Assembly (NCBI GenBank): GCA_977030845.1
Contig: OZ365109.1
Coordinates: 59,768,001-59,832,000 of the forward strand
Reading direction: 5' to 3'
Length of the DNA: 64,000 bases
From: Fimbriosthenelais zetlandica
Taxonomy: Eukaryota
This document shows, in pieces, positions 63,900-64,000 of the stretch. The notes beneath the pieces were generated by a model. It did no database searches and was not told where the DNA came from. It was given only the letters and a program-made list of their open reading frames with translations. The position numbers and the translations under genes were made by a program. Each line of letters begins with the position of its first letter. Position 1 is the stretch's first letter.

Positions 63900-64000
63900 G
63901 TAAGTCATTTTCAATCAATTTTCATTTCTGGTCGTACTTGGTAGTGGGTGCCATGACAATTCCGAGAACTTGCCTTAATGTGACCCTGAGTCCTACGAAT

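Overview
This is animal (probably invertebrate) genomic DNA that is mostly non-coding. There is no prokaryotic-style gene density, and almost all ORFs in the supplied track look like chance or repeat-derived frames. The only well-supported gene is a + strand immunoglobulin-superfamily cell-surface gene of the lachesin/DIP/Dpr/IgLON type. Three phase-compatible exons are visible (42289-42357, 44968-45074, 63695-63899), and they splice into an acidic Tyr-rich segment followed by one complete Ig domain. The signal-peptide exon could not be placed, and the gene runs past the right end of the window. The rest is intron-like DNA carrying many badly decayed transposon relics (Gypsy-like, CR1/L2-like, hAT-like, short MITEs). 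The most striking structures are: (1) a ~3.6 kb minisatellite arranged as a palindrome, with 29/32-bp units flipping orientation at 26554/26555; (2) a ~1.6 kb foldback-type element whose repeat-built arms enclose a ~0.5 kb spacer dense in promoter-like motifs; and (3) a decayed two-copy repeat that translates like tandem CARD/death-fold domains. All protein-family calls come from reading motifs by eye; no database search was run.
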